64,000 nucleotides of DNA from Eledone cirrhosa (taxonomy: Eukaryota), in the NCBI GenBank assembly GCA_964016885.1, contig OZ024742.1:29512001-29576000 (forward strand), given 5' to 3'. Below, one piece after another: positions 61,156 to 64,000 of this stretch (the first letter of the stretch is position 1; each line of letters begins with the position of its first letter). Below the pieces are notes generated by a model. It saw only the letters and a program-made list of their open reading frames with translations. It was not told the origin of the DNA and did not search any database. The position numbers and the translations under genes are program-made.

Positions 61156-61251
61156 GTATATGTGTGTGGGGGGTGCTTGTGTGCGGGCGTGTATATACAC
61201 ATATGTGCGCGTGTATGCATATACATGTATATATATACACACATATATATG

Positions 61252-61294
<43 letters not shown>

Positions 61295-61619
61295 TCATAT
61301 ATATATGTGTGTGTGTGTTTGTGAGTGCGTTTGTGTTCGTATGTGTTCGTGTGTGGGCCTGTGTGTGTATTCGTGCGAATTTGTCGTCTATGATTTCCTA
61401 ACCACTCCTATTATCCTTTGCAACCAATACATAAAAACATAACCAATATTCCCTCAGTACAACTATACTGCTTCTGACGACAGAACTGTGAGGGTCTCGA
61501 AACTTTAACGAATACATTTATTTAGGAACTCTACTGTTGAAAAACTAATCACAAACATCAAACAAGGAAATACGATAAATCCTTACAAATCTTCAAAGGA
61601 CAGTCGTGATTATATATAC

Positions 61620-61673
<54 letters not shown>

Positions 61674-62086
61674 AAACAACCTGAGCCCCCCCACCCCCTT
61701 TGTTTGAAGAACTTTGTAACGCGAACTGGCGCGAAATTTATTATACTTATTCAATGACTAATCAAATTACTTCTCTAAAAACCTGGCGTATCGGGCCACT
61801 TTTTTCCATATAAAACAAGTAACATTCAAAGACCAACCAGATGTGAGAAAAACCACAGACCTTCCATCTCAACTCTACCTTTGAAAAGCAGAAGAGCTGC
61901 GAAACCGGTAAAGGAACCAAATAAATATATATATATATATTTTTAAATAAGACTCCAGCTGCATTTTCGATTTCATCTTATTTCCTTATACTTTCACTCG
62001 TGTAGGACACCACGGTTATTTTTCCTTTTGTAAAAAAAAACCTCACTTTCTAATAATATATGTATATATATATATATAAATATATA

Positions 62087-62284
62087 GGTAGAACACTGGA
62101 AGGTAATATCCGTAGTGGTAAGCACTCAGTCCATGGGACGAGTTAGGAGTTAGGTAGAAGTAGTTACACAACTGTTAGTTCACCATACCGAGAAGAATTG
62201 TTTCACCTTAGCGGATCTTCAGCTCGTGCTGGGTGAAACAATTGCTCTCGGTATGGTGAACTAACTGTTGTGTAACCCTTCTAT
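62087..62284. mobile_element. Fold-back element family G with HHR at the apex
   Basis: Minus strand 62189-62226: CGAG-CTGAAGA-T-CC-gctaa-GG-T-GAAA-CAATTC-TT-CTCG (the other arm has CAATTG); ~70-nt tail. Confidence 0.8.
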
Positions 62285-62291
62285 ATATATA

Positions 62292-62384
<93 letters not shown>

Positions 62385-62385
<1 letters not shown>

Positions 62386-64000
62386 AATACAATAACAGAG
62401 ATAGTTTAAAGCTAAACTCTGACTGGTAACCATCTCACTCAACAAACATTAGGTTATATTTAAATATAAACCCAATTTAAGTCTTTGGGGTGCTAACAAT
62501 ATGTATAATGTGGAAAAACCAGTTGTATTATTTTATGAGATATAATTAAAGTTAAAGTATATCTCTCTTTCCAAACAATTGTTTCATTATAAGTTTTCTA
62601 CAAGTTGGGAGAATATTTCCAGTTTATGTAGAAGCCTAATATATATTCTTCTAAGAATATATTTAGGTGGGCGCTTATAAATCATCAGTGGAAGCCCATT
62701 AAACTTTGATATAAGAAAGAAATTCTTACCGCGGTCAAAAATCGAGTCTGTTAAGTTGCTCCTTCTCGCCTCGAATGACCGCCAAATTTGAAATTCCAGC
62801 AGTCTTTGACTGAGGAAGTATCATAGCGACACGAAGCGGGAAGGGGAGACAACTACGATCCACGAAAGGAGGAAAAAAATAATATACACGCGGGTTAATT
62901 AGTTTTTTCGAAAACATTATCAATCCAACGTGTTAAGAACTCAATTGAAAATAAAAAAATAAATATATGCGTGTATAAATTACACACGCATATAGATATT
63001 TTCTTAGGCTAAAATCAGAAGTTGTACCCGAATAAGAACCGCATCTCATAACCGCAGTAAATACAGAAAGTTATGCTTTAAAGGGCAAATGGGAATGTAA
63101 ATCTCCGGCCGAATTAAGAGTAAAATATAAAACACACGCGGGTTAATTAGTTATTTCAAAACTAATATTAATTCCTCGTGTAAAGAACTCAATTAATTAA
63201 AGAAAATAAATGTATGCATGTAATTATATACATAGGCATATATATATTTTCTTAGGCTAAAAAACAGAGAAGATACAACCAAAAAAAGCCACAACATTTC
63301 ACAACAGTAATAGATACGGAAAGTCAAATTCATAAGGTACCTGGAAATAAACACCTCTGGCCAATCAAGAGTAAATATTTAATACAATAACAGAGATAGG
63401 TTAAAGCTAAACTCTGACTGGTAACCATCTCACTCAACAAACATTAGGTTATATTTAAATATAAACCCAATTTAAGTCTTTGGGGTGCTAACAATATGTA
63501 TAATGTGGAAAAACCAGTTGTATTATTTTATGAGATATAATTAAAGTTAAAGTATATCTCTCTTTCCAAACAATTGTTTCATTATAAGTTTTCTACAAGT
63601 TGGGAGAATATTTCCAGTTTATGTAGAAGCCTAATATATATTCTTCTAAGAATATATTTAGGTGGGCGCTTATAAATCATCAGTGGAAGCCCATTAAACT
63701 TTGATATAAGAAAGAAATTCTTACCGCGGTCAAAAATCGTGTCTGTTAAGTTGCTCCTTCTCGCCTCGAATGACCGCCAAATTTGAAATTCCAGCAGTCT
63801 TTGACTGAGGAAGTATCATAGCGACACGAAGCGGGAAGGGGAGACAACTACGATCCACGAAAGGAGGAAAAAAATAATATACACGCGGGTTAATTAGTTT
63901 TTTCGAAAACATTATCAATCCAACGTGTTAAGAACTCAATTGAAAATAAAAAAATAAATATATGCGTGTATAAATTACACACGCATATAGATATTTTCTT
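62385..64000 (-). mobile_element. Tandem 995-bp non-coding unit with one branched HHR per unit, running off the window
   Basis: Period 995 (identical ORFs 62735/63730); HHRs at 62569-62693 and 63564-63688; internal ~250-bp duplication at 62880-63380. Confidence 0.85.

Noticed and set aside
61474-61510. CTGACGA...GAAAC as an HHR
   Set aside because: Weak stem II and no stem I or III partner seen.

Overview
Eukaryotic, AT-rich, repeat-dominated genomic DNA with no recognisable host gene. Long (TA)n/(CA)n/(CT)n/(ACT)n microsatellites explain most ORFs in the track, and those ORFs are spurious. The repeat mix resembles a coleoid cephalopod such as Octopus (inference only). Recognisable elements: a decayed mariner, two non-autonomous Helitron-like elements, two tRNA-SINE families, RTE and R4/Dong-like fragments, two near full-length Tx1/L1-type LINEs, and two or three Penelope-like (PLE) RT/GIY-YIG remnants. 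Main finding: at least 9 families of non-coding fold-back elements with one architecture, (TA)n - short arm / mirror arm - unique 40-120 nt tail - microsatellite. The short arm stops at a reproducible family-specific AT site, and most families carry hammerhead ribozyme (HHR) motifs with palindromic stem-III loops. Some occur as tandem multimers (~513 bp and 995 bp; retrozyme-like), and one HHR has a covarying multibranched stem II. Second finding: both Tx1 LINEs show splice-site-like motifs bracketing ORF1, suggesting a spliced ORF2 mRNA. All coordinates and structures were read by eye and no database searches were run.
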